Source: Schmidtea polychroa (lineage: Eukaryota). From it: DNA of 64,000 bases. Shown piece by piece: positions 1-12,958 of this stretch (the first letter of the stretch is position 1; every line of letters starts with the position of its first letter). The stretch spans positions 62,062,001-62,126,000 of the forward strand of contig CM097886.1 in NCBI GenBank assembly GCA_044892525.1, written 5' to 3'. Under the pieces are notes generated by a model. It saw only the letters and a list, made by a program, of their open reading frames with translations. It ran no database searches and was not told the DNA's origin. The translations under genes were made by a program, and so were the position numbers.

Positions 1-49
1 TTTAAACTATATCTCTGTAGCACTTGATATTGATATTGAACCTTTACAA

Positions 50-260
50 TAATACGGTGTAATAAGGAGTTGAACTTGCTTGACGAATTTGGTTCACCAC
101 TCAAGATATTTCTATTGTACACTTGCGCATGATTAAAATTCATAAATCACCCTAAAGTTAAGATCGACCACAAATTGTCTAGTGAAAGTTTAGATTGAAA
201 ATGGCTGATTGTGATTGATAGAAGACATTGTTACATATAATCGAGCAAAGAGAGTAATAT
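50..260 (-). mobile_element. Possible Tc1-like transposase C-terminal relic
   Basis: Minus strand reads LSLDNLWSIL, resembling the Tc1 SPDLNPIENLWS motif, followed by a TA-ended terminus-like stretch. Short and degraded. Confidence 0.3.
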
Positions 261-1179
261 TAGTTTAAGCGATATTATTGATACAGATTATATACATACA
301 TACTTCACTATTCAAATCTATACAAATCTATTCTCGCACCAGTCATCAAACATCGAAGGCATAGTGTCCTGGTTACATAGTTAGTTTATTATAAAATATT
401 ATTATATCACTGTGACGATATTAAACCTTAAAATAAAGAATGTAAGAAGTTCAAAATTTTGTAAGAAATTTGCAATTAATAGCATGACGTTGATAATTAG
501 ACTAAATTTCTTTTCAAATTATTTTACAATGAATTCACACCTTTTAAAGTTTAATTTCTAGATTTTACAATCAATATTTAAAACTATTATATTAAATTAT
601 ATTTTTCTGTATTTTAACAATTTTGTCATTTCTCATGGTCAATGTGAATTAAATCTAGAAATATTTAAAAAAATAACATGAAAACATTTATCTACGCAAT
701 AAATATTTCATGTTTATAAAAAATATTGCATATGAAATTTTCTCAAAATTTAAAATATAATTAAATAAATTTGAAAAATGACTAATAATCTAATTTTTAA
801 TAATAATTGTAAATGTAGAAAAATACATAATGCATAGAACGAAAATTCATAATGTCACAGCAATGATGAAAGATGCTAAATTGTGCAATTACTTTCTGCC
901 ATTTTGTAGGTAAATTAAAAATTCCAAACGCCTAGACTTTTTTGGGTTTCTGGGTGAAAATTGTTCATTTCACATTCACTCAAAGATATGAAAGTTTTTC
1001 TTTTTGAATAATTTTGCAAAGATTGAAATAAATTAAAATCAGAAGGTGGCAGGTCGGGGGAATAGATGAATGAGGCAGAACATCCCAACAAAATTGCACT
1101 AATTTTTGTCGACTCGCTAAGGAGACATGGGGTCTAGCTTTATCTTAATGGGAAATTACTCCATAGTTCTGGACGCTTT

Positions 1180-1500
1180 TCATCGATTGTTGTCTTCAAA
1201 GAATTCAGTTTGGAGCAGTATTTAGTGGTATTAATAATTTTATTCGAAGAAAACAATTTGTAATATACCAATCCAACCATATACACAACATGACCTTTTG
1301 AGTGAATATTTTCTTTGGTGTTTTTCCTGTTTTCTCCATGACCTTTTGCGTTCTACATTATGATAAACAACCAACTTTTCATTACATTTTATCACGTGTT
1401 TAAGGACCGGCACCTTTTCATTTCTTTTGAGTAACAAATCACAAATAAACTTCTTTTCAGTTAAGTTGTGAGGTACCAAAATATCATAACGACTAATATC
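1180..1500 (-). mobile_element. mariner transposase relic
   Basis: ORF 1240-1479 begins VPHNLTEK (WVPHEL motif) and contains HVIKCNEKLVVYHNVERKRSW (IxTGDEKWxxYxN-like). Confidence 0.75.
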
Positions 1501-4500
1501 TTCAAATTTTAGTATACTCCAAACCTTTTATCTTACATTTTTACCTGAGTTCTTTATTTCATCTACTCACGGTGAGATTTAATAAAGTTATTTTCAAAAA
1601 TAGAAATTAAATAACAAAATCTTATAGTTTGTAAATTGAGTTTTAAGAAATTTAGAAATAAATATAACTCACAATTATACATAATTTTGTAAAATTTGAG
1701 CAACAAGTTTGCATTTTAATAAAAAAAAATAATTAAATATTTTTTTATTTAAATTAATAAATTTAAAATGCAATTGTTGTTTGAATGTTCAAAGAAATTT
1801 TATTGACAATATTTTCATTATCTATAAATTTTATTAAACCGTTTCATTAATTAAATAAATTTCCCTAAATAAAATTTTGAATTTGAAATATGGTAAATGG
1901 GATAATAAGAGATTTTTCACAGACTTATAAAATATAATTATTTTAATTACAGGATTAAACTTTGAAAATTCATATTTTAATCATTTATTAGATAGTTCGT
2001 GATTAGAAAAGAATGAAAGTAATTTATTTTTATTGGTAATTAAATGAAACAAAATTGTTATTTTATAATAAATCTATGAACACTTCAGACAGTCTCTAAG
2101 GACCAAAGTCCATTTGTATAAAAAGTAAAATTTTTGATATTATAATTATCTTATAAATCAAAAGTTTATTTCATTTTTAATGTTATAAATAATATTAAAA
2201 AAGTTTTTGATTATCAATATATTTATACAATTTTCAGGATTTTGACTGTTGAAAAAGATAAAAAGAAAAGAAAATTATATTGAAAGTAAAAAAAAACAAT
2301 AGTGAAAATAAAAGATTTTACTGATATTGCAAAAACAATTTCTTTTAAAAATTAAAAATATTTACAAGTGTTCAATGTAATAAAGATGCAGCAAAAAGTT
2401 AAATAAGTATATAACAAGATAATCATTTGCTGCAAAATATGTATTAAATGAGAGAATTTTCGATTGAGTTAATCCTTTTTAGAGATTGAATTTTTTCATT
2501 TAATACATTTTTTACAGCAAAGGCTTATCTTATCATTTATTTGTTTATACATAAAGATAATAATAATTATAAAATTAATACATTTTTGAATAATTTTTTT
2601 TGATAATTTAATTAGGCATATCGTGTAATAGTGATATTATTTTAATTTAATAGAATCAATAAAAAATATTAGTTATTAAAATATTTTGAAAAATACAAAA
2701 TAAAATTTGCAGAATTTCAATTTACTGCGGAAATTGAAATATTTCAAAACGCCATTAACTATTTTGGAAAAAAGAATTTTTCTCAGAAAATAATTAGAAA
2801 TATCTTATTTAATAAAATCTTTTTTGTCATTAGTCTATTTAAATATTTTGAGTAACTATGATTTTAAAACTCCCGTTATTTAAAACAAACTAAATATACA
2901 TAAAAATAAAAAAGAGAAGTTTTCAATTGAAACTGACCTATTGAGTTCAACAAACTCAGTTTGGATAAAAAATTATGTTTGTGTAATTCTTTTTTGAAAA
3001 CATTGAATGTCTTTTGGTTACCAAATTTGGCACTTAACCACTTATTGTTGATGAAACTTTTCTATAACTTTAGATGTATATGATTGAGCAGGATTTTAGA
3101 AATCCTTTCAAAGTTAACCTAATTTTTAGTTAAAAATAAAGGAGAAAGTTAGTAAGATCTTCACTGTCAAATTATTTTCCTGAAATTTTAACTTCATTGA
3201 TAGCTGACAACATAGTCTTAATATTCTTATAGACTGTATTTCTGTGAACGATGATTTCCATATACATTTTATAAGGCATCACAAATAATATCAACTGATT
3301 CATTTTGTGTTATTATATACGATGTAGATGTTTAGTATATATTTTTTCATTTATAGAGAAGATTTCAAGAGAATGAAGTAGAAGGTGTTCTATAATTTAA
3401 TAAAAATAAAAAATACAATTTTCACTTCATTAAAGAAAATGTACTCAGACTTCAAGATTTATTGCAAATAAGGAAATTTATTTTGAAAGAATATTTTGAA
3501 CTGAAATTTATAATTGTACGGGAAAAATTAAATGGCTTAGCGACACTTTTGTTGCTATTTTCTTTGTTCCATTTTGGATTTTTCGTATTTGTCATTCTGT
3601 ATAATACTAAAGAACGTTTTAAGCATCCAGTCTAGACAGTATTTATAAGTTTTACATTATGATAGAAATTAAAACAAAATATTAAAATTAATTTTAAAAA
3701 GGTCATTTAGGTGAGTTTCTAAAAATTGTAGCAGATTTGATAACTAGCGCACTAATAAATACAATTGAAGTTGTATAAGTATGGACTTCTGTGAAAGACA
3801 GAAATCTACAGTTTTAAGTATAAAGTGAGTTAAACGTAAAATAATTTCTAAATGTTTTTAAGGATTATAGTAAAACAAAATGTGAAAATAAGATATATAT
3901 ATATATTTTCTACAGTTAAAAAATTTTTATAAAATATGGCATAAAAACATGTTTTAATCACGGGTTTACAATGCAGATTTGAGGGAAAATTAGAAATAAT
4001 TATGTATATTACTGCTCGTAATTATTTATTCTCTAACAAAACAATTTAATATTTCAGTTTTTGATTAGTGTTAGATTTTAAATTTGATTGTATTTGTAAA
4101 AATAATTTAATCTAATAAACCAAGGAAAGTTATTTAAAAGCTTGTTTTTGAAACCCTTCTATGTTATAAAATCAGTTTAACCTAAATGGAAAATTACCTA
4201 ATATCGTAAATGCATTAACTCAGAGGTTTTCAATCCTTTTTAGCAGCACAGCACTATTTTGTATTCTTCGCAAATGCGGAGTCTCAATATTAAAAATGGG
4301 TTTAAAATAACAGATATTGATACTAAATACATTAATTTTTTATACCAAGATACACTGAATTTCAAAGTAAAAGTTTAATGAAGAAAGAGAGCACTTCAAT
4401 GAGAGCAATGATTTTGCTTTAAGACTTACAAGTTTTGAAATCTTAAAAATCCTTATTTATTTTGAGTTGTTATATTTATCTAATTATTAATATTATAAAA

Positions 4501-7500
4501 ACCATGGGCGTCTGCAGGAATTTTTCCAAGGGGGGGGGGCAAAAATATTTTTTACCAAGTAGACAATTTTTCTAGGGGGGAAGAGAGTTGAAAAAAAATA
4601 TGCATGTGTACAATAAATATTTGGAGCATTATACAAAATAGGACTTTTTTTCGTTTATTTACAAAATAGAACACTTTTTTATTAATTTACAAAATAGAAC
4701 TTTTTTTTCATTAATTTAGAAAATAGAACACTTTTTTAAAACCAGAACGTCAGTTAATATTGAAAGATTTTATACAAATAAGATGATTTAAAATCATTGA
4801 TTTCCAGATATAATTAATAACATTAAAGAAACAGATAAGAAACTTGATAAGAAACTTTTTCAATTGACATTATATTTATTAGAATTCGTTTTTATTATGA
4901 ATCAGTAAAGATATCGATGTTTTCTATATCTTTACTGATTCATAGTCAAAAATAATTATTAATAGAAAATAGTAAATTTATTAGACATCTGTTTTATTTT
5001 AATTCAAATCAGTGGTGTCTTGTGAAATTTGAAATATTATAAGGTGTCTTAAAAAATTGTGAAAATTTTAATTCAACATTTTTTATACATTAATTTAAAC
5101 AAAAATGATTATTTTATTATATTCAAGAATGCATCACCCATTTTACACAGTTAGCACAATGAATAAGACAACTCTGATTCAAATTAAACATTTATTTAAA
5201 CTATGTGAACACTGATGTATTCGTGAAAAATAAAATGATGAGATTAAAAAATTAATGAAATAAACTATTTTAATTTAATTAAAATTTAATTGAAAAAATT
5301 GTAAAGAATATTCTACAAACAAAAACAATATATATTATTTTGGAATGTAGATAAGTCATACTATTTACAATGGCCTTATTATGCAAAATAACTAACAACT
5401 GCAAAATAAATATTTATTTCTTGATAATGAATAAACTAAAAGTTTGTCTTTAGATTTATGTCCCAATAAAACATGCTTTTGCAAAATCATTGTCAAATAT
5501 TTCATTGTAAGTGAAGGCAAGGAAATATACATTATTAGGGTTTTTCATCATAGAAAATCATCGGTCAACATAAATTTTCAACATTGTTAATCACTCAAGA
5601 GAAAAATATCGTTAATGTTATAGCAACGATCAAAAATATATTCATAATTAAAAAAAAGAATTTTCACTAGAAATAATATATTTTAATTAATTTTGCGCAT
5701 CGTATGTTCTATGAATCAAATAATTAGAAAATTCATAGAAAAATATTTTTTTTCTAAACCGATGAAAAAATTCGTAGAAAATTCTTTATAAAATAAGTAG
5801 AATAACATAAGTCGAGGAAGTAGAATAACATCAGTCAAGAAGTTAAAAAAATATTTTTTATCTCAATATTTTGAAGATTTGGAACTTTTTTATTAGAATG
5901 TCGTACAATCATTACTTTTTCATGGAAAATTATTTCCTGTGTTAGTTTCAGAACATATAAAAATGTAAATTATATTGAAATATTTGTTTAACAGAATAAT
6001 ATAAAATTTTGTTTAAAATTTCTTCTTTATATTTGTACTTTTTAATATGATACTATAGAATTATTAAAAAAAACATATTAAAATTTCAAAAATATATTTC
6101 TAATGTATATTTTCTAAGACTTCTTTATTGAACTTCTATGTCTTAAGAACAAAAATATATGAGTTTTTTTCAAATAAAATAAGTAAATAGAAAATTTTTC
6201 AACTTACATCAACCTGCTCTCATTTTCAATTTAATTATTAACTGATAATTTGTTAGCTTGATTTTGTACAATTTGAAAGGTGTGAATTGTTGTATATTCA
6301 AAAGATAAATGAGATTATGTGTTTAATGTTTTGTTTAAATCAAAATTAGTTGAAAGCTTCAACTTGGGACACAAATTTAAAATAAAGTTAAATTATACGG
6401 TTTTATTATATAGTGAAGGTTCTTAAATAACTATTGTTTCTTGTATATTTTGTAAAATAAATTACAGAAAAGTAATAAATAATTGGGGATTTAATATTAT
6501 ATTCACTACTGGTACCATCAATTTAAACAAAAAAAATTATTTTAGTTAATGCCTTGTCAGATTTAGGTTACTCCTAATTTTTCTAATTTTTTATTTGATA
6601 ATTTCATTTTAATGTACTTTATTTTTATTTCCAGATATTGAAAATGAAACTAATATTTCCAAAACCATTTATAACTTAAATTAACAAAATATTGTAAATT
6701 AGTTACATTAAAGATAGTACACAAAAATATATTTTTCCTTTAATTTAATATTATAAGAATTACATGTATTCTCCAAATTAATTTCAGTTTGTTTTATCAC
6801 ATTGTAATGTAACAGAGGTATGTTTGATCATTCATGCAAATGTATTTATTCATTGATGATAATTTACGGAGAAATGCTCTCATTTTTCTTTTTATAATTA
6901 AATAGTAAAACACGAAATACTTTTCTTTGAAATCTAATACCGTGATATTTTAAAAACAAATAGAAATTTTGGAATTTTAAAATATCATTCTTAGTAAATT
7001 TAGTAAATGTCGGATTTTGCACTGAAAATGCGCTTTAAAAAACCAAGAAAAAACTATTTTGGATTATAATGTATCTAAAACATATTTATAAAAAATAGCA
7101 TCATAAAATTGTAATTAATTGTACTTTTATTTCATTACATATAAAAAATTATCAATTTAAAAAATATTTGTTAAATTGAGGAATTTTTAAAAACATTTGA
7201 AACAATTCCTATTGTTATTCTTCTCTTCGAATTAAAAATAAAAATGGTATTATTATGTACTTTCGGGTAATATATAGGTAATGTCAAAATATAAGCAGAT
7301 TTTCTTATGATTTTAATTGTTTTACTATGTTTCTATAAATGCGTGTGTGAAAATAATAAAATAGAATTAGTATTTAATTTCCAGCTTTTAATAGATTTAA
7401 ATAATATAATAAAAGTAGAAAATAAAATTATAAAATAATAAATTAAATATGAATATCGATGTTTTTAATTTGTATGACGGTAAATTAATTATATTTAAGA

Positions 7501-8289
7501 ATGATTGAAAATTAAAATATAAAGTATTTATTTAATGCTTGTGTACGAATATTCAATTATTAACTCATGCGTGTGAAAATATTCTCAAAGCTAAAAACAG
7601 AGATTGTTTAAATAAGAGAGATTTTGTGTTGTGTTTAAAAATATAGTTTTCTTTTCTTTTGAAATATTATGGATGTTATTAATTCAAGAAATCAAATTTC
7701 TAATAGCGTGAATAGTTATTAAAGATATTAAATTAATTGTTTTAAACTATAAATAAAAGTAGGAAGCTCTTGACTAAATTGGTGTCACTTTGTAGCTACA
7801 GAGATTAGTAAAAAGTATTTAACAATATTCTGAAAAGCAAAATAAAAACAAATTCTCCATGAAATAATAGAAGACATTTAATTAGAAATTGCATTTTAAA
7901 AAAAGAAGATATAGGAAAACTTGATTGACAAAAGCTAAAGAAGTTTGTATTATTTAGAAACACGGGAATGATTACAAGAACTATTCAAATACAACCCGAT
8001 TACTGGAGAAAATAAGATCATGTTTGACTGAGGAGTTTACATGTTTTCAAAAATTCTCGCAGTATTTTTATTTGATAAATAAATGAGTTTAGATTTATTC
8101 ATATTGTTAATTTTCTTTTGTAAATATTTTTAAGTTCTACTATGGATTTGTAAGGTTCTTTGGATGTTAAGAAATTAAATTTAAATAAAAAGTAAGTAAT
8201 ATTGGAGCACTTGAAGTAATGAGAAAATTTAGAAATTGTTTGGTTTTAAATAATATTAAGTAACAATTTTCAATAAAAATACAAAAAAA

Positions 8290-8480
8290 ATAAAAAATTA
8301 ATCAAACTTATATTCTGTTAACGTTATATTGAATTATAAATATGTTGTTAACAGCTTGTTATATTAATATTATGTATGTGAAGATGTGCTGTGTCAAAAA
8401 GATTGTTAGGCCCATTCGATTCACCGGTAAAATCTGTTTAGGAACAGCTGGGAGGCTTGTCGGTATATGTGTGTAATGCA
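8290..8480 (+). repeat. 5' conserved block of the Helentron/DINE-like repeat family, partial copy
   Basis: The block gcccattcgattcaccggtaaaatctgtttaggaacagctggg resembles the conserved block of the copies at 28.9, 33.4, 51.8 and 53.6 kb. Confidence 0.45.
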
Positions 8481-10011
8481 TAGGTTAGTGAATACAGTAA
8501 AAATGAAAAATATTTTTAAAATACAAAGTTTATTTAACCACAGGAAATAAAATACATAGATATCCAAAACATTTTTCATACTTTGAATTTTAATATCTTC
8601 TTTAAATCTTCATATTTCATAGTTTTATATTTCCTTCCACTTTGCAGTGTTTTAAATTATTATTTAACATTTTTTATTTTTATCTCTTTAGTAAATATTT
8701 GGTTTTCTTCTTTTTTTCGATGGGGATAGTAATAAATAAAATAAGAGTAACGTTAAATTCTCTTTAATTTCTAGAATGAATAACAAAACCATCCTTCGTA
8801 TGTTGATAACTAAATATAATTTTAATTAATTGCTTTCCTTTTTGAAGTTCACAATATTTTCTCAACTGTTTCTATTAATCAATCTGAACAGACTACGATT
8901 TATTCGAAACAATTTATTTTGATATTTTTAATTGTTTATTAAGTTAATTATTTTGTTAGTTAAGAATTTTTTGTTTAAATATATTTTTTTGTAATTTCAA
9001 ATTTCTGACTCTTCTGCCATTCATTTTATTTTTAACTGATTTTTCAAATTAAAATTCCCAATAATTAATTAATTTTTTTGCATTTACATCTTTTCGTGCA
9101 TTTTTACATTAGGTCAATTAATTTTTATCATATGTTTTATTCATGAGAATTTTCTCACATAAATTATTATTTTTATTTTTTACAAATGAAACAAAAATTA
9201 AACAAAATCCGTTATAATCCGAAATCAAAAGTATGAAGTAAGACGTTTTGAAGGATGAAATGTTCCTCAATTCAAACAAAGATAAAAGTAAGGAACAAAG
9301 AAATAGTTGTAAATTTAATAATTAAAATTTGATAAATTCAAAAAATTCAGAAATATTGTTAATATTATTTAAAAAATTTTCTTGCAAATAAAACAAGTAA
9401 TAATAAATATTTTTTCAAACCTAAAACATTGTATTTGATTGTATTTGATATATTGTATATTAAAAATGCTTCAAAAAATTATTTCGTTTATTTCTATAGA
9501 AAAAATATATCCAAATAAAATAACAACTTTTTCAAATTATCAACTCCCAAAATTTCTGTATAAATTGTTTTTTTTGTAATAATCATATTTTAATAGATAC
9601 CCAGCGGTTAAATTGACTTCTCTTTAACTTCGAAATTATTACTTTTGAATATTTAAGTTAAGTGTTTAAAACGCGTTAGGTCATTAAAACAAAAATCAAT
9701 GGTTGCCACAGAAATATTTCTCATAATGTTGTTTTAATTGCTTATAACTGCCAGTTAAATTATTCATGAGTAGTTGTTTTTATCGTTGAGCAGTTTCTGA
9801 TTGAAATTGCAGATTTATTTATATTTTAAGGAAAATATTTTTACATATTTTCTGTTATTTAAGTTAAATTTCAATATTTGACAACTAAATCTCCGCAATT
9901 TATAAAATTTGAAACCAAAACACTGAACAAAAAATTACGAATTACTCTTTTCGAAGGTTATTGAAAATCGAAAATAAAATTAATAAAATTTAAAGAAATA
10001 TATTAAATTTT

Positions 10012-10330
10012 TTAATTTAATACAACAATCAATACATACAATATACAAAAAAAAATTATTTAAAAAAATTTAAAATACAAGTATTCACTGCATTCTACAC
10101 ATTAATTTTCCGATTCAATGACAAATTTAGGCTCATCATCCTTGCTCACACTATTTAATTTATTTAACTCATCAGACTCATACACCTCAACAACAATTTG
10201 TGAGGCGTTGTTGATAAAGTCATTGATTACGAAAATTATTGTGCAGAATGCAGTGAATACTTGTATTTTAAATGTTTTTAAATAATGTTTTTTTGTATAT
10301 TGTATGTATTGATTGTTGTGTTAAATTAAA
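10012..10330. mobile_element. Foldback MITE with ~110-bp imperfect TIRs
   Basis: 10012-10122 (...tacaacaatcaatacatacaatatac...aaaatacaagtattcactgcattctacaca...) is the inverted copy of 10219-10330; spacer ~95 bp. Confidence 0.75.
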
Positions 10331-10823
10331 TAATTAATAAAATTTTTTAAATTATTAAATTAAATTCTAAATGCTGAAATATATTAAATGTTAATAATAT
10401 TTATTTAAAATTATATTTAACCATTACATTTATTTTTCACTCTTCAAAATTTTTAATCATTTTTATAATTACTATAATTTATATCTTACTAAAAGTTATG
10501 AGCTGTAAATGTGTTCTATTTTTCGAAAAGAAACTATTGGAAATTATTGCATTGGTATTCAGAACAGGTTTACAAATTTAATCAATATTTTTTAATTATT
10601 AAATTTAACTAATTATGATGCACTTATTTTAATTAGTTTAATAAATAATTAATTAATAATTAGTTAGCATATAGTTAGCATCTAGTTATGATCCTCATTA
10701 TTTTATGTTAATAAACGTTATTTTCAAAAGTTTGAGTAGGGACCTGTCCTTATTTCGAAAATTTTAGTATTAGATATATTACAATAATTGTTATTCTATA
10801 GTTTTTATTGTGAGCATTGTTAA

Positions 10824-11133
10824 CCACTTGCGCTATATTGACGTACCAGGCACGTCTTGATGATTTTTTTCAGAACTGCAAGTGACGTGTATACCACGTC
10901 GATAGTATTTGTCGCAAAAACAAAGACAAAAGTAGCTTATTGATTAATAAAATTTATTGTTGTTGTGAATAATTATTTATATTCGTGTAAATCTTTTATG
11001 TAAGACCCTACCCTCGCGCTAAGCACTGGTCAAACCTCTGAGCTTGCTGACGCGGTGAGGCGTCGATGCCTTACGATACTTTATATAGTAGAGCGCGGCT
11101 TGGCTACCGAAAATTAAATCATAGCGCAAGTGG
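10824..11133. mobile_element. piggyBac-like MITE (310 bp)
   Basis: 13-bp TIRs CCACTTGCGCTAT (10824-10836) and ATAGCGCAAGTGG (11121-11133), flanked by TTAA and TTAT. Confidence 0.7.
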
Positions 11134-11349
11134 TTATAAAACTAGAAAATCGTAAATTTGATTAACCTAAATTTAAAAATTAATATTTCTATAGATTTTT
11201 ATAATTTCGGGCGATTATTAAGAATTTGCAAAGAATCAATCAGAAATATAATTTATAAATATAAAAAATTTAATAAATTGTATTTGTTACTTAATTACTT
11301 AATAAAATAATAATAAAACTCACAATATTGCAATAATTCCAAATAATAA

Positions 11350-11900
11350 TAATAACATCTAAAACTCCTGAAAAATTAATTAAAAATAATTTATAATAAA
11401 AAATGTTGATAAAAAGTATTATTTAAGAGCTTGAATAATGATCTCATAACTATATGGATCAATATTCAAGCCTTAAAGTTTACTTTAAATAAAAATAAAT
11501 TACTTGAAAGCCATTTCTAAAATGGCTAAATACAAATAGTTAAAATATCTAAATAAAATAGCTAAATTAGTAGTTGAATGCATGTAGTTAAATTAACCAA
11601 ATGCATTCCAAAAACTTTCATTATACACCTAATTCCAGAAGTTAAAAGTCTCTATAATACATGTTGGTGTGTTCATCAGTCGATGACTCACCATTTATGA
11701 GAGTGTTTATTTCATTTTTTCATGTACAATTCAATTTTATTTTATGGTTTTAGATTCTAAAATTTAGAAGAAAGGTTTTTAAATTTAAGTATATTTTAAG
11801 ACTTGAATTTTGATTTTATATAATTATGAGATCATTATTCAAGCTCTTAATTATTACTTGATAATTAAATTTCAGGGTGTTTATTTAGGTATTTTACGAT
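11350..11900. mobile_element. Foldback element with ~170-bp degenerate TIRs
   Basis: Perfect 27-bp core ttaagagcttgaataatgatctcataa (11423-11449) is inverted at 11824-11850, and similarity extends on both sides. Boundaries approximate. Confidence 0.65.
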
Positions 11901-12489
11901 TTTCGAATTTTTTCTTTAATTCCAATGATGTCGATGGAACCTGTTGAATAAATTCACACAAAGGCGTTTGACTAGAAATATCTGATATGCTGTAAAATAT
12001 TTTAATTATTTGTAATTAAATGAAAAAATTCTTACATTGTCAGATCTTCACCTTCGCAAAATGGAAGTGTTTCCAAAGAAATATTTGAAAATCTAAAGAA
12101 ATATTAACTTCAAAAATATTTTGTAAATAGATCTTACGATGTTTTGTCGTCACTTTTATTGAAAACTTAAAGTTGAGTTGTCCAATTCAAAATCCAAATT
12201 TTTTTCAGCCATGAATTTTAATAATTTAAAAATAATGATATGTTAACAATACTTTCTATTTTCGGAATATAAAAAGCTATATTAAATTTGTGTGTATTTT
12301 ATATTATGTGTGCTGTGTTTGTATGTAAAATTATTTTTCTGTCACTTTCTCAATTCCTATAATAAAACTTTTAACTTTCGAAACATTAAATTTTTGCACA
12401 CAGGTAAGTTTGTGTGTTTTTATATTATAATTTAATCGATTTTTATTTTAGATTATGGAAACTTTTAACTTTCGGAATTAGGTGTGAAG

Positions 12490-12545
12490 AATGACGCATC
12501 TATAATTGGTTGTACATACCAACCCATATTATAGATGCGTTTATT
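12490..12545. other. ~56-nt hairpin just outside the Polinton left end
   Basis: acgcatctataat (12494-12506) pairs with attatagatgcgt (12528-12540), plus an inner ggttg/caacc stem and a ~7-nt loop. Confidence 0.6.
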
Positions 12546-12669
12546 CAGTGCAAACGGGTGTATGACGCTCATATACACGATTACTGCCAGGTTGATGTAT
12601 TTTAATTTGAGTCTTTTTATATTTAATCGATTGTTTTAAACCAATGACTTTCAAACTTCAAAAGCTCGG

Positions 12670-12876
12670 AGTAGTGGACGTATGGCCTTCACGGACCCAA
12701 CCCTCCCTAGCCGTCCAGCTTAAAAACTACTAATAATTAAACATTTTCATGTTTTTAACCATTTATTTTTACATCTTTTATTCATAAAAACCCCTAATTT
12801 ACCAACCCAAATCCTTAATCCCCTGACAGGAACCGAGGATCCAGGTTACATCCGTGAAGGCCATACGTCCACTACT
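12670..12876. repeat. 207-bp unit bounded by perfect 26-bp inverted repeats with Polinton-type AGTAGT...ACTACT ends
   Basis: agtagtggacgtatggccttcacgga (12670-12695) is the exact reverse complement of tccgtgaaggccatacgtccactact (12851-12876). No 6-bp TSD (gctcgg vs ataaaa). Confidence 0.85.
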
Positions 12877-12958
12877 ATAAAAAACTATAAAAATTTTAAA
12901 TATTAAAAACTAGCAATCGGCGCAATTTGCATACCCAATAAAAAAATTTTTTAAAAAA

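Noticed and set aside
4221-4560. hAT-MITE-like 5' ends (cagaggttttcaa; catgggcgtctgcagg...G-run)
   Set aside because: No partner TIR or TSD found, so too weak to delimit.
10150-10200. CTGATGAG on the minus strand (and CTGA...CGAAAC-like strings at ~27395 and ~32155) as hammerhead ribozymes
   Set aside because: No correctly placed GAAA with paired stems I-III.
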